Assembly (NCBI GenBank): GCA_030265395.1
Contig: JARFYF010000055.1
Location: 17,411,021-17,475,020, forward strand
Reading direction: 5' to 3'
From: Rhina ancylostomus
Lineage: Eukaryota
DNA length: 64,000 nucleotides
Program-made: the position numbers and the translations under genes
Part shown: positions 1 through 13,830 of the stretch, in pieces
How positions within the stretch are numbered: position 1 is the first letter of the stretch
Layout: every line of letters begins with the position of its first letter
Notes under the pieces: model-generated
What the model was told of the DNA's origin: nothing
Seen by the model: only the letters and a program-made list of their open reading frames with translations
Databases searched by the model: none

Positions 1-1419
1 CTGCAGTGTTTCTTAATTTTCAATTCCATTCCTTCCCTGGTAAGGCCAAAGACATCTCACCCGGAGACATTTATTTTACATTCAAGTAATCATTTTACAT
101 TTACATCATGAAAGTAAATTTTTGTAGTTAGTTATCACCTGATAGCAGGCATCTTGCATTTAAATTTTCTGAGGCAAGTGCACTGTGGTGAATAGCAAAT
201 CACTCCATGCAAAATGTTCATTTTGTTATCCAGTCAATAAGAAGTTTCAGCACTGTGATTCCCCATTGCTTGTCAGCAAGTGGATTTTTGATTTTAAAAA
301 AATTATCCAATCTTTGCAAAGGCTGAAAGTCATTCCACTCTTGTAAAGTCTGAAAAGGAAATTATTCCAATATGGAGTATATTTTTAAAATGCCAAGTCC
401 CTTTAAATCTAGTGTCTAGCTTTTAAAATGCTGAAGATTGGCACCATTCGATTCCATAGTTGCACTTCCCATTGAATACCCACCTGAAGATTAAACTCAT
501 GTCAGCAGTTCAACTTGCAAAGTTAATAAAGACCAACCACAGATAATCTAAATCACCCTGTGTGAAAACATGCCACTGGTTCAATTTTGGGCTCAGATAA
601 TGGTTTTTGACTCCTTAATGGTGAAGTAAGCTTTGGGGTCTCCTTCAGAGTAACTGGCATCTTCAAGTTGAAAGACTAGTGCATTTTATAAATATCATAC
701 AGCTTCTGCATCTCCTAATATACAGTAATCTAACAAAAAAAGGAAAATTCACAAACTTGCTTGAGAAATGGTTTTTAATCCCCATTCAACAGATTTATTC
801 CTCTTTTGAAACTGTTAACCTATCAGCCAGTCATCAGTTTAAATTGATTGTGAGTGCAAGGCTATTGGATTGCTTAAATGCTGATGCTGCACTTGATTCA
901 CTTAATCAGAAACAGTGATTGTATCAGCAGATCACAGGCAGCATACTGTCAGCAAATCAGTGATGCACAATTAATTGCTTTGATGAATCAAGGAGAGAAA
1001 AGGTTCAATGCCCTTAACAGATAAAATTTGAAACTAGTTGAAATTGGTTCAAAGTGCTAGTTACAAGAACATTAAAATTTATGTTGGTGCCAAAGATCTG
1101 TTAAACATCCATGGTCCAGAAAGTCCAGAATAGATTAGAATGGGTATATTCTAGTGCCTGAGACATTGTGCAGAATACAGCTGGCTTTATGCATAAAACT
1201 TTGTATAATGGATTCACATCTAGAAGCTCCAGCCATTGTGAAAAGCGCAACATTCAGTGAAAATCTGAATAGCACAGATAATTATGGATAATAATCTGAA
1301 TTGGAGGTTGAAGGGAGAGGATTGGTCAGGAAGATCAGTGGTGGGAGCTGCTTTGAACAAGCTGCATAGTGTTGGCATTGGAGGGTAGGAGAGGGAGACA
1401 GTAACAGAAAAGCACCAGA

Positions 1420-1585
1420 GCATAAGAAAATAGGAGGGGTAGGCCACAGACCCCTCAAGCATGTCCCACCATTTAATATGATGATGGATGTTCTATGTTG
1501 GCCTCAACTCTTCTTCTGTGCTAGTTCCCCATAACCCTCAATCCTCAATCTTTCAAATATTTATCTGTCATCACCATAAACATGA
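1420..1585 (-). mobile_element. CR1-type LINE 3' end fragment, old
   Basis: The motif 'ataggaggggtaggccacagacccctcaagc...ccatttaatatgatgatgg' is the reverse complement of a CR1 3'UTR and recurs at about 4.7, 34.3, 41.3 and 42.3 kb. Confidence 0.65.
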
Positions 1586-4500
1586 TCTATTGATATGGCC
1601 ATGTGGCTTCTGTCTACCAGCTAAAAATCTCAAGATTTAACTTGTTTCTGTGTGTACCTTGCAAATCAACTATTACCTCTTTTTGTTGTAACTTTTATGA
1701 ACACCCTGCTGTATATTAAAAATGAATAAGATAAATGGGTTTAAAAGACAATCATCTAGATTGGTTTCAGAAAAGAAGATGACTCAGACATATGGGAGAC
1801 TGGTTCTATAAAGAAGGAATTTACAGTTTTGTTACATTTACTATTTGGGAGGAAATTTTCAGCACAAGCTACAGTTAATACCAACCATCAACCATTATCC
1901 ATGATCCTATTGAACGCTCAAACAGGCTTAAGGGGCTAAATAATCTGCCTCTTCTCACATGTTTCAAAGAGGGTTTGGTCCATGTAGCTATATCTAGACC
2001 TGAAATATTCAGATTCCTATCTTGGCTCACACCACAATCTCAGCACCCACAAAAGTAAGCATATTTATAAAGGTGAAACTTAAAGAAAATCAATGACTTT
2101 ATTCATTTCTGTATCTTTGCAATGAAAATACCAGCATCAGAAAAATCCAAAACATGTAATTTGTGACCAAAGTACTATCATGCAGCACCACAGAAATACT
2201 TCTGTTGTAAGAGAAAAGCATAATTGTTAAAGGAAAGCAAAAGAACATGGTGACATTATAATCACAGAGTGCTTCACCAAGCCAGTTAACTTACCCACAA
2301 GAAAGAAGTTTATAATATTTTATAGGATTAGACCAGGGTAAAAATACACATGATGCTACAATATGTTATGGCTTCATTCAATAACTACAGAATTATTAAG
2401 TTTGAATAGAATTAGAATAGAATAGAATTTTTTTTGGATCAAGGACTTAAAAGTTACAACTTGCTTGTGATCATCAGTATGACTCAGGCTCTTCAGTCTC
2501 CCTTTCAATAACTTCCCTTATTGTTTAGTGTTGAAATTTAATAGTGCAGAACATTTATACGTCACAGGGTAAGAGATGAAAAGGGTTTGCATGAAGCAGT
2601 AAGGGTGAGGCTTTTATCAAGAGTTATACCCTAGGTTTAAGAACACTAAAGCTATAAACAATAAGCAGATTCATATTTTCACACATCGACATCACATCCT
2701 TTCTGTTAAACATCAATAAAATATTATTTTATAGACAATTAATTAAGTGTCTTATATTGGAACTATTTCAATGGCAACCATTGCCAGGAAAATATTGATA
2801 ATGTCTTAATCAGAAGTCCAGACAAAGCATTTCTCCCATAAAACATTCAGTAAAAGAATATCTGATTTTAGTTGTACAGTATTTTGATACACTAAATTCA
2901 ACCAATTTTAGAAAAATACATATTTCAGCATGAAAATGAATATTTTTAAGAAGCCTGAGATTTCTCTTAAAACCAGGAATTCAACCACACTCAAGAATTG
3001 AAAATAGTTATATTCAGTAACTATCACACCTACACTCAATACTTGCCATGGTAAAGAGGGAGAACTGTCCACATGAAGAAGTCATTTGGTAATTGGATAT
3101 TTACCTGTGAATCTGAAATAGCTGCAATTAGGTCAAACATATACTTTATCAAATTAATCCAAATCAACACATTCATTCTTATTAGCTGAGTCTAACCAAC
3201 TGAAATTTGAAATGTAAATGCATTAATGAAGTCTTAAAACTTAAAGTTAGGTTTGATGGAAGAATATCACAAAATCAACCACTGGAAGAAACAACATGAA
3301 TCAAATGATTTTGCCTAGAAATTGATCCCAAATCAGTAGACCTATATAGCCATATCTGTTCATTGGAATGAACTTTGGAGGCAGAGTACAATGCCTAGGT
3401 AACTCATTTAATACTTCTGACTTGGGTGATTTTCTAGACAAGTTTCTTGGTAGCAGCATGTGTGTAGAGGTTGCACAGCTGTTGAAAGCAAAAGTGATAA
3501 ATCACAAAGTGCAGCATGTACCAAGCAGGTCAGAAACATCTGAGCAAAGCGAAGCAGAATTGATATTTCAGATAAATGGCTATCACCAGTGTTCCAGATT
3601 TCCAATGTTTTGCTTTTGACCAGCTGAAAATCTTGCTTTATGAATGAAGATATTTAATTTTGAAGTCACACCAAAGTCAGGATTATAGAATGTTGTAGAA
3701 TTACAGTGGGCTAATTGGCAAATTTTGAGTTGACCTTTTGATGGAGATTCAACCCTCAAGGATATGAAATTTTTGCTTTAATCTCTGCCCAGAATATGGT
3801 CTGTTGCAACTTCAGCTTGTTATTTGCTTAAATAAGTGCCGAGGCATTAAACTGCCAGATCTTGAGGGGATGCTGCACTAATATGTCCATCTGATTTCTA
3901 GTCATCAAGGGAGGTAAAAGACAGATGGCACTAGCATTGTGAAGCATCCGTCTGATCACTGCTAATCTGGTAGAGATGAGTGGACTCATTCCAGTGGTAC
4001 ATCTGTGCCATCTGGAGAGCAGAGCACAAAATGCTGGCAGATTTTGGCATGAGGAAAGTGTTGTATGGAGTTACAATGTGGTGTGAATAATGCCAAGGGT
4101 ACTTGAGTAAGAACCCTAATCAAGTTTTTTTTATATGTCAATTGCACATCTTTACCTTTCTGGTTTGTATTCAGGATGGCAACCATCAAAATCTAACTCA
4201 AAATCAATCACAATGCCTGACAAAAAACAAATTCTCAGCCATATCTATTATTGTAAATCTATTGAAATAATTTTCTGTTGGGGTTTTGAATGACAGTTGT
4301 TGGTGCTTGTGTATACCTGTAAACTACAATGTTCCATCAGCAAACTACACTGTCCCTGTGTATGGAGCATAAGAGACACCATCAGAACAATTTTCGTCTC
4401 AGGCTGAACTTGTAAAGTACTTATGTCTCTGTGTCATCAAGCCTCACTGGTGTAAATCACCTAATATTTAAAAAGGGAATAAAGTGATTGTAAATACCCC

Positions 4501-4699
4501 ATACTCTTTAGATCTTCTAAAGTTCATGTTCATCTTTTCTAAGCTAAACCAGCCTCACAAATCATTTTTCAGGCAATTGATATTTTGATTGGAATGAAAG
4601 AGAAGTAAATAAACATGTGTTCATACAAACTACAGATATAACACTTTGTTCCACTTCTTTGAAACCTTGATAGCGTTGTGCCTCTCTAAAGACTCAAAG

Positions 4700-5085
4700 C
4701 CATAGGAAATAGGAGCAGGAGCTGACGCCAAGGAGCAAGCTCAGCCCGTCAAGCTTGCCCCTAGCTTCATCTGTGCCAGTTCCACATAGCCCTCAATTCC
4801 TCAGTTTTTCAAAAATGAATCGACTTCCTCTTTAAATACCTCCAATAATCAAGCCTTCTCAATTCAGTTGGGTAAAGAATTTCAGAGATTCACCATCTTC
4901 TGTGCGAAGAAGGTCCTACACACCTCAGTTTTAAGTGGCCATCCCCTAATCAGTAGGTATGTCCCCTCATTCAAGGTTCTCCCACCAGTGGAAACTTTTG
5001 ACATCTACTCTCTCATGTCCCCTAAGGATCTTACTTGTTTCAATAAGATCACCCCCCATTCTTTTAAAGTCCAAAGAACATAAAT
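4700..5085 (-). mobile_element. CR1-type LINE 3' fragment
   Basis: It has a CR1 3'UTR ('gaaataggagcaggag...') followed by the antisense ORF2 C-terminus ('aaagaatttcagagattcaccatcttctgtgcgaagaag', i.e. FFAQKMVNLWN-like). Confidence 0.75.
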
Positions 5086-7089
5086 TTAGTACAGACTCCA
5101 TTGAATGATAATGGAAAGGAGAGGGATTATTGTCTTTTACAATTGTAACTCAAACATTTTGTTCTCCATTCCTTATCTCAGCTTGTTGCATCCTAATTTT
5201 GGGGAAGGGCGATAAAGCTCAGAAATATTTCCCCCACATGCCATATTCCACCTCTGCAGTATAGATCACTGTAGTTTTGGACAACAGAGGTTAAATCGTA
5301 CTGTGAAAATGCTCCTCAAAAAGCTTCAGAAGAGCCCTCTTTTATGTAACAATTCTGTTTGCCACACTCTCACTGTTGAGTAATATAAGTGAAATTAATT
5401 ATGTTAATCTGGTGTTGATTTGTCTCTTTATTTTTCAGTTGGAGCTTTGTGGAGGGAGGGTCAAGCTCACTCAGATATATCTCACTGAATCATAGCTGTT
5501 GCCTTGCTTGTCAGTCTATTACAGGTAGATATCAATGAGGAGTGGCAAATTAACTTAATGAATTAACAATTTATTTCGAAATTTATACTTAAGAACAGAA
5601 CTTTTCTAAAATCATTGCTCACACACAAAAGAATTCACTGGTTACTTATTTCAATGCTCCCACTTCCAATGTAGTTTCATTGTTTCAGCTGCCAGTTTCG
5701 ATCACATAAGCATGTTTTGAATAAACTCAAGGAATTAATCCTATGTCCCACTACATTCTTGAATGAGAACCGTTTGACTGCTATGATGATGTGTGCCCAC
5801 CATGGATTCTCACTGTGAAGGCCAACAGCTCTGAAAACAAAGAGCAAGTCATGAAGTGATCAAAATCTTCAATCATGATTCATGTAAACCTCAGCACTGT
5901 GTACCCCTGGCTTAATTGGTTTCTTGCAGGCACTGTTTGCATTCTAAATCATTGCTCCTGGCAGGATGAGTGGGAGATGTTTTGGAAATGGTCTATTTAT
6001 TTGTACTGTTTACTTTTTTTCTCACTGATTTTGCTCCTTCATTCCCTACAACATTCACAGTGAAATCTTGCTCAAGTAAATCCATTCTGACAGTCTGTAA
6101 CTGGGTGGTGCAATACAATTAAATGATATGAAGTCTACCTGCAGCATGGAGACAATAATGTCAAGTTCCCATGACACTTTATGTCTAACACAGAAATTCC
6201 ATTTAATGAACAGGCAGCAAATCATTGTTTTCTATTTAATTTGCAATTAATATTTTAAAACAACAGTAGGGATTTTAACAAGTGAATTGTGTGTGCTAGC
6301 TAAGGTAAAATAACCTGTGAACCTGTATATAATTTCCAGCAGCTAGACTGAAGATAATGCAATCTACATAGATCTGTCCACAAGACTTCCTTGATTAACC
6401 CATGATTAAAAGTGCGTGTCTTATTCTCACATTGATAGCTGCCAGTTCAACCATATGGTGGAAGCTGAAACTTGCAGGCAACCATTTTATTTTCACGAAC
6501 AGTAGAACAATTGACTGGATGACATAATTGGTTATCCCAGCAGAAGCTAAGTTTGTGCTTGAAGGATTAACGTTGCAGAGAGGCTTGGAGAGAGCATTGG
6601 TATTGACTTTATTATAGGGATACAAACTCAAGGGTTAAGCAACATCGTGTACTGAGATCTTCATGGATGGGGATTTGAATCTCCAAAGATAGGTCAGTTT
6701 AGGTCCAGTATGATGTAAAAGCTTTTCAAATCTCAGACCCTAACCTAAATTTTTGGTTTCAACAGAGGTAAAGTTGGGATGAGCAACCAACCCAATCATA
6801 AGCATTCTCTCACTTCTAGGCCTTGAGTGACACTGCAGCTACTGAGGGTTGGTGTGAAGGTGAGGTAGGTGCCCATGGTTTTGGGGTCAGGGAAAAGCCA
6901 GCTCCCATTCTCTGACTTGCTTCCTTTCCCACCATTAGATCCCCCTCCCTGTGTTCCACTTCGCAATTGTGGTAACACCCATCCCACCATTTCTCCCACC
7001 AACACCACCATGGGCAGAGCTCCTATAATTACCCACCCCCACCCCCAACACTTTGTCTTTGACCATCAGTAACCATCTTCCTTGCCCTC

Positions 7090-7900
7090 CCATAATACCT
7101 GTATCTGGACTTACCCCGTGCCTCTCTGCATTCTTAACCCTACCTTCACAAACTTAACTTCTGCTAGAATGTGGCCTTTTCTGGACCATTCTCCTTCCCA
7201 GGGAGCTGAGGCTGTCAATCAGGCCGGCTTTTGGATTGAAAAAAAATGCATGCATTGTGGAGTGTAAAGACAAATTGTTTTTAAGAGATTCCCAGGCTAT
7301 GCCTTGACAGATAAGAGTGGAACCAAGTGAATACAATCCTAACTAACTGGTCAATAGTTGACTAGCGTTAGAGGATGATAAATTAGTAAGCCATGTCAAA
7401 GGTCGCAGATGGGTCAAGATATTCAAGGAAAGGTAGATTAACTCTGTCACAATCGTATCATCAGTCAGTAATGACTTTGATCAGAACCATTTTGACATTG
7501 TGGCAGAGGCTGGGATTCAAATAAGGATTTTTAGTTATGAAGGAGACAGATTTGGGAAGCTAAATCACAGTTAAGGACCGATAGGAAGGTTAGAAGTGGA
7601 GTAGTAGTTTGCAAGGACGGCCAAGTGACGGGATGCTATTTTGTGGAGAGGGATGTTGAGGGGGTAATAGTGGAGGAGAGGGAACTGTTTAAAGTATCAT
7701 GAAGGCTGTGAATGGAAGTTGATGGAAATGGGTCCCAGGAAGCAAGGTTGTTTCTCAGTTTGCGTTTGTAGAGGGAAGGAGGGAAAAAACCGAGAAGGGA
7801 GCAAGTTTGGGGCTGGGACTGGGGAGAATATCACAAATCTGTTGATGTTATTGTAAAAGAAAATGGGATCACAAGTTTTACAGTTAGAACCACACATGAA
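7090..7900 (-). mobile_element. L2-clade LINE reverse transcriptase relic, highly decayed
   Basis: The reverse strand at about 7370-7495 gives a frameshifted VLIKVI.D...CD..NLPFL..LD.SATFD motif, resembling the L2 RT sequence ALIKV.NDIL...D......L.LLDLSAAFD. Confidence 0.55.
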
Positions 7901-9339
7901 ATTCTGAAACTAACAAATCATCAATCAAGCCATGGTGCACATATTGAGGGTGACTTCATATGTCCATGAGATGGGCAAATGGACAGATGACTTGTCCACT
8001 GGAAAGTCTTCTGGCTCCCAATATCTGTCATTTTAGCCTGACCTCCTCATTAGGCAGAAACGACATCTACCTAAGACTCAGACCCTTCTCTGGGTACGTA
8101 TGCTGTGCAGAAGGNNNNNNNNNNNNNNNNNNNNNNNNNNNNNNNNNNNNNNNNNNNNNNNNNTTTCAATTTTAACTCAGGCCAGCAAAAAGTAATTGCA
8201 AATTTGTCAAAAACTTAAAAAGGAAAAGCTTGGCAGAAGTGATGCAGGTAACGGAATGGGACAGGGATGAACTATTTAATCATTATAGACATCTAGCATG
8301 TCACAATAAACTGAAAGATATTGTTCTGTAGCATAAATCTCCTGGTTGAATTAAATTATATCAAACATTTCCAAATGAGGCTTAATCTTAAGGGCCGCAT
8401 GCTGAAGATGCTCATGCTCACCTTCACTGAGATTTGTAAAAGTTATTGGCTTCAAACATGAGAAATTTGTTGATTCAATATAAGATGATTTGCTAATACA
8501 GCAACAAAGTTAAACTGACTGCACACAACATTGCTCCAACNNNNNNNNNNAAGTGCACCCATGCCTGTATATCTCTGTCGGTGCTAATGTCACAGGAGGT
8601 ACAATCCATCTACAAAGCATTTTGCCCATGGCATTTCTACTAAACATGGAACCCTTGACATTAAGAAGCTTACTAAAGATATAGGTCAAAAGTTAGTATG
8701 TCACAATCCATCACTTGCTCCATCCAGCCAGAAGAGAACTGGGGCCTGTACAGCTTCATTCACAGACAGTTAATCGTTACTGTCATGGGAGAGTGGCTGC
8801 CACTGGAAATTTAGTTTTAACATTAAAAAGTTTTCACTGAGTTTTTAAAATCCTCATACAGTCCAATGAAGTTCCTGGGAACTTTGAGATGTAGCCTCCC
8901 AAATGGTTGGATCTGGAGCATTCCTAGATGGACGCCCTAGTAACAGGAGACAACACTCTGATGCATTTAAGAGGAAGGTAGGAAAAGAGATGAGGGATAC
9001 AGGAAAAGAAGGATATGGTGATATAGTGATGGTAGAGAGGTGGCAGGATGCCTCATGTGGAATATAATTGCAGGCATTGATCACTAGGGGTATTTCCATG
9101 CTGTAGTTCTGTGCTGCAATTCCATACTTCTTCCCAACTGTTACTTCAATATCCATGGGAGTCAGACTGCCCACTGCTCTTGTAATATTTCCACCTCTAC
9201 ATTTGCCTGAACTCATTTTGATAGCGTTAGCACTCTGCCTAAGTCATGCCATCAAATTTGATTACCTGTAACCACTTTGTGATGCTATCCGTCAACGTTT
9301 CTAATATTGGCTTCTTTCAGGGGATGCGTAGGAATGATT

Positions 9340-10140
9340 TGCCTTGGAGAGAGACAGAGTTAACATTGCAGGTTGATAATCTTATTTCAGAAGTAGGAAT
9401 AACTGGAGATAAACAGTTTTAAGATGCAAGGAAAGGGCTGGGGGGGTTGGGGGGGAAGGGGTGAACAAAGAGGAAGGTCTGTGACTGAATGCTGGGTAAG
9501 GGAGATTAAATGACAAAAGGTGCAACAGTCCAAAGTAGCAAAAGCTCAGAAAAAATGTAAGTACAGAATAATTATCTGAAGATACCAAGGGAAAGAATGC
9601 TAGAGCAAAAGTGCTGAAAATGCTTTACATCTGAAATTATTGAACACAGTGTTGTATCAGGAAGGCTGTAGTGTGCACAGCCAGAAGATGGGGTGCTGTT
9701 CCTCAAGCTGACATTAAGTTTCAATGAAAAAAACATTGGAGACCAAGGACCAAAAAGGCCGAGTAGAAGAGAGGTGGAGAATCAAAGTAGTGGGAGACTG
9801 GAAGTCTCAGTTAAGCATGAATGAGTGGAATTGACTTGAGAAGTAGCCACACAATAGACGTTTGGTCTCCCCACTGTTCAGGAGACAACAATGCTAAATT
9901 GAGAGAAGTAGAAATGAATTGCACGATACCTGAAATGTGCATTTGGGGCCCTTGATGGTGGAAAGAATGCAAGTAAAAGAACCGATGCTGCATCTCCCAC
10001 AGCGGCATGGGAAGGAGCTGAGGGAAGAGCAGTGGGTACTGCTGGAGATGGAAAAGGCAACTAGCTTAAGGGAACAGGGTCTTCAAAATGTTGAAGGAAG
10101 CAGAGTAAGGAGGTTTCATCTGTTGAAGATGCGCCTTCGT
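9340..10140 (-). mobile_element. Penelope-like element (PLE) 3' part: decayed GIY-YIG endonuclease C-terminus plus terminal repeat
   Basis: The reverse strand gives frameshifted TIKGP..HFQV, GETKRL, LPV.HYFDSP and LEEQH.IFWL.TLQP motifs typical of the PLE GIY-YIG domain. These are followed by a pyrimidine-rich 3' region and a degenerate hammerhead-like segment at about 9345-9392. Confidence 0.75.
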
Positions 10141-11927
10141 GAATTTTCAGGTGACTTTTACTCCATTTTCATGCAACCGCCTACAACCATTTAGAGCACA
10201 TCATGTAGCTAATGCTTTTATCCTGAGTGGTTACCCTGAAACTTTTGTATTGTGACAATTTTCCACTCTTTACCCTCACATGGTCAGGGTAAGATCGGCT
10301 CTATGAGGGAATTCCTCTGGGAACCCTCACTTGCTGAGCAAGCTTCATTTAGATGTATCAGTCTGTGGCAATCACAGGAGATGTGTGGGAGAAAAGCTGT
10401 GTGATCTGCCAATGGGGGTTTTCAGCTCCTCATTGTGATGTCCACTATTCTTCAAAAAGGATTCTGATGAACACTCATTCTTCCATCTAATCTCCCTGCA
10501 TCTGTAGCCCTGTTTGCTCTTTCTTCAGGTTCTTGGAGTTCCTTCTCCGTGCAGAATAGAATTCTCCAGAAGTTCTCCACTCAGAATGAAAGGTCTTTGG
10601 CAGAAGCCCTGGAAAGTTCAGAACATCCTCTAGCCCACTCCAGGCATTTTCATCAAAGTGAATCTAGCCTTACATCTCTCCAATTTTTCTAGCACATGCC
10701 TAAGACTCCTTGAAATAGTTGCTTCCCAACTAATACCAGACATTACTTGTGTGCAAGGTCTGACAGTAGTGGTAGCAGTGAAAGGAGAAACAATAACATG
10801 TGCAGAGCTGTGACAGTATTATCCATTTCCTTTTATTCATTAGTCCCCTGACTGTTTTCACTTAGGGCTCTGGCTGCTAATGTTGAGGTCCACCCGATAA
10901 TCAAAATGGGCAGAACACTCACCTCTCCCCTGTGGTCTTGGCCCTGTTACCATGCTGCTTATAAGCACAACCAAGATGGTGAACGCACGAATGGTTTCTC
11001 TCGTGTATAAAAATGGGCAATGCACACATGCCACATCAAACCTTAATTTATAACACCTGCTTATTTTCACCAAGTCCCTTTAACTGGGATATGCATTGTC
11101 TGTAAAACTGTAAAAAATAATTAGCTGTGAAATGAACACTTTCTGTGAGAGTAATAACAGATATTTATTACCGACACCTGTTATCCAGGGGCTGGATTTT
11201 TTTAGAAAGCTGTTTATGCTTTTATAGATCCTTATACAGTTTACACTCACTGCATTCAATTTTCATTTCATAATCTTCCGTCCAGTGATTAACTCTGTAA
11301 TAAGACTGTAAGATAAAGCCTCTGGGTTTAATATCCAGATCATTTGATCATATTTATTTATTATTTATTTGAAAGAAAAGACATTCAAAGATCTGCTCAA
11401 TCTTTCTGAGCATTAATTATGGTGGGTTGGTGGTTCCTTTGCCGCTGTGGGGAGGTGGGAGAGTTGCTACATGGGTTGGTGTGTGTAGACAATCTGGGCA
11501 GAGGTGCAGGGTATAAGTGGAGGATGCATAGGGCTGGAAAGCTCAACTTAAACAAAAACAAACGTGAAAGGCCCGTGCCAGTGTCAATCTGCACAAGGAC
11601 AGGTCTTTGTAGCAAACTTTTTAGTTCTGGTGACCTGAACTGGAGACTATGCACTGAACAGGAAACCTCTACCTGAACTCCCAACTGCATTTCCACTCTA
11701 CACCCTACCCATCAACACCACCCTTCCCCCTGTCCCTCCTCCCCACCTTTCAGGGTCAAGTCCAAATTTTGACCTCTGGGCTCATTAACATCACTGGGCT
11801 GAGTGGCTCCATGAGCAGCTTAGCCTTCTGAGGAGGTGGAATGTTGGACCATTTGCCACACTGGTGGTAGCCTGAAGGTTTGTATTGGGTGTTAGGATTT
11901 GGTGGTGAGCAAAAGAATGGTTAGGAG

Positions 11928-13045
11928 AGCCCTTCAAAACATTTATCTCCAAACTCTTAGACCTGGGACTCAACACCTCCCTTTGCAACTGATTCCCAGA
12001 CTTACTGACCCACATATCGTAATCAGTAAGGATAGGCAGCAACACATCTAGCGTGATTATTCTCAACACAGGTGCCCCACAAGGCTGAGTCCTCAGCCCC
12101 CTACTCTACTCCCTACACACCCATGACTGTGTGGTCAGATTTTGTTCTAACTCCATTAACAAGTTTGCAGATGCCACCACCACAGTGGGCCGTATCTCAA
12201 ACAACAATGAGTCAAAGTACAGGAAGGAGATAGAGAACCTATTGACATGGTGTCATGACAACAACCTTTCCCTTAATGTCAATAAAACAAAAGAGCTGGT
12301 CATTGAATTCAGGAAGGGGGGGGTGGTGGTGAGAGCTTCAAGTTCCTAGGATCGAACACCACCAATAACCTGTCCTGGTCCAAACACGTAAATACCAGAG
12401 CCAAGAAAGGTCACCAGCACCTCTACTTCCTCAGGAGGTTAAGAAATTTGGCATGTCCCCTTTGACTCTCACCAATTTTTATCAAAGCACCATTAAAAGC
12501 AGCCTATCCGGATGTATCAGGGCTTGGTACGGCAACTACACTGCCCATAACTGCAAGAAACTGCAGAGAGTTTGGACACAGCTCAGCACATCATGGAACC
12601 TAACCTCTCCTCCATGGACTCTGTCTATACTTCTCACTGCCTTGGTAAAGCAGCCAGCATAATCAAAGACTCTATACACCCTGGACATTCTCTCTTCTCC
12701 CCTCTCCCATCAAGCAGAAGCTACAAAAGCCTGAAAACATGTACCACCAGGCTCAAGGACAGCTTCTATCCCACTGTTATAAGACTATTGAATAGTTCCC
12801 CAGTACAATAAGATGGACTCTTGACCTCAATCTACCTCATTATGACCTTGCACCTTATTGTCTACCTACACTGCACTTTCGTTGTAGCTGTGACATTTTA
12901 CTTTGCATTCTGTATTGTTTTCCCTTGTAATACCTCATGGCACTGTGTAATGAATTGATCTGTATGAACGGTATGCAAGACGGTATGAATTGGAATCTGT
13001 TTATTATCAATACATGTGATAATAATAAACTGACTCCAATTCCAA
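11928..13045 (+). mobile_element. Rex-Babar (Rex1-like) LINE, 5'-truncated, with frameshifts
   Basis: Translates to SKLLDLGLNTSLCN..SVRIGSNTSS.IILNTGAPQG.VLSPLLYSL.THDC..INKFAD.TT.GRISNNNES.YRKEI..L..WC.DNNLSLNVNKTKELV...HPGHSLFSPLPS.R..SLKT.TTRLKDSFYPTVIRLLN (ORFs 12131-12349, 12453-12662, 12572-12811). The 3'UTR ends in 'tacatgtgataataataaac...ccaattccaa'. Confidence 0.9.
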
Positions 13046-13656
13046 TGAGCAGATAATAATTTGGCAAGGACAACCTGCATTTAACAGATAACATGTCTTT
13101 AACCAAAGAAATTTAAGGACTGACGAAAAGAACAAAATTTGATTTAAAAAAAGGTGAAATTGGGCAAACTCAATGTTAAATCACTAAAGCGAAAAGCAAA
13201 GTGTGAACTAATAAAAGCAAAAAAGTGAGAATAGAAATTCATTTTCTTTTATAAATGAAATATTTTAAAAATAAACAACTTGAAGTCTCCATACTTCTGG
13301 AACTTTCTGGAACTAAGTCAGTGAAAGTCATTAACCATTATCACGCTACTTAATGCGTACAAGCTTAATTACTGGACAATTTCCACAGTGAGTTTAATTT
13401 ACAATTTATAAAATTGCAGCAACTTCATGAAAATTAAGAGGAGCTTAGAGGCAGAATGTCATTTCTAAGAAGATAATGACGACAAAGATAATGATCTAAC
13501 AACTTGTGGGAATTTGCAATTCACAGGTATTTCATTTTAGTCAAAAGTTGCTGGCAAATTTACTCATTTTTAATGACATCTCTGACATTTCCATTGCTTT
13601 TTCTTTAAACAATATGCAGCAAAATAAAGTGTAATGTTGGTCAATGAAAATCAAAA

Positions 13657-13830
13657 GTAATATAAATGCTGGAAATCTAAAATAAAATCAGAGAATGCTG
13701 GAAACAACCAGCAGGCCAGGTTTTTTCCTCTTTTGTCCAGTTCTGATGAAGAGCATAGGACTTGAAATGTTAAATATTTCTCTTTCCACAGATGCTGCCT
13801 GACCTGAGTGCTTACGGCGTTTTTTGCTTT
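13657..13830. mobile_element. Short palindromic non-autonomous PLE-derived element with a hammerhead-like core
   Basis: The left arm 'aatgctggaaacaaccagcaggccagg' is inverted relative to the right arm 'gatgctgcctgacctgagtgcttacggcgtttt'. Between them lies CTGATGA (13743-13749)...GAAA (13764-13767). Confidence 0.7.
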
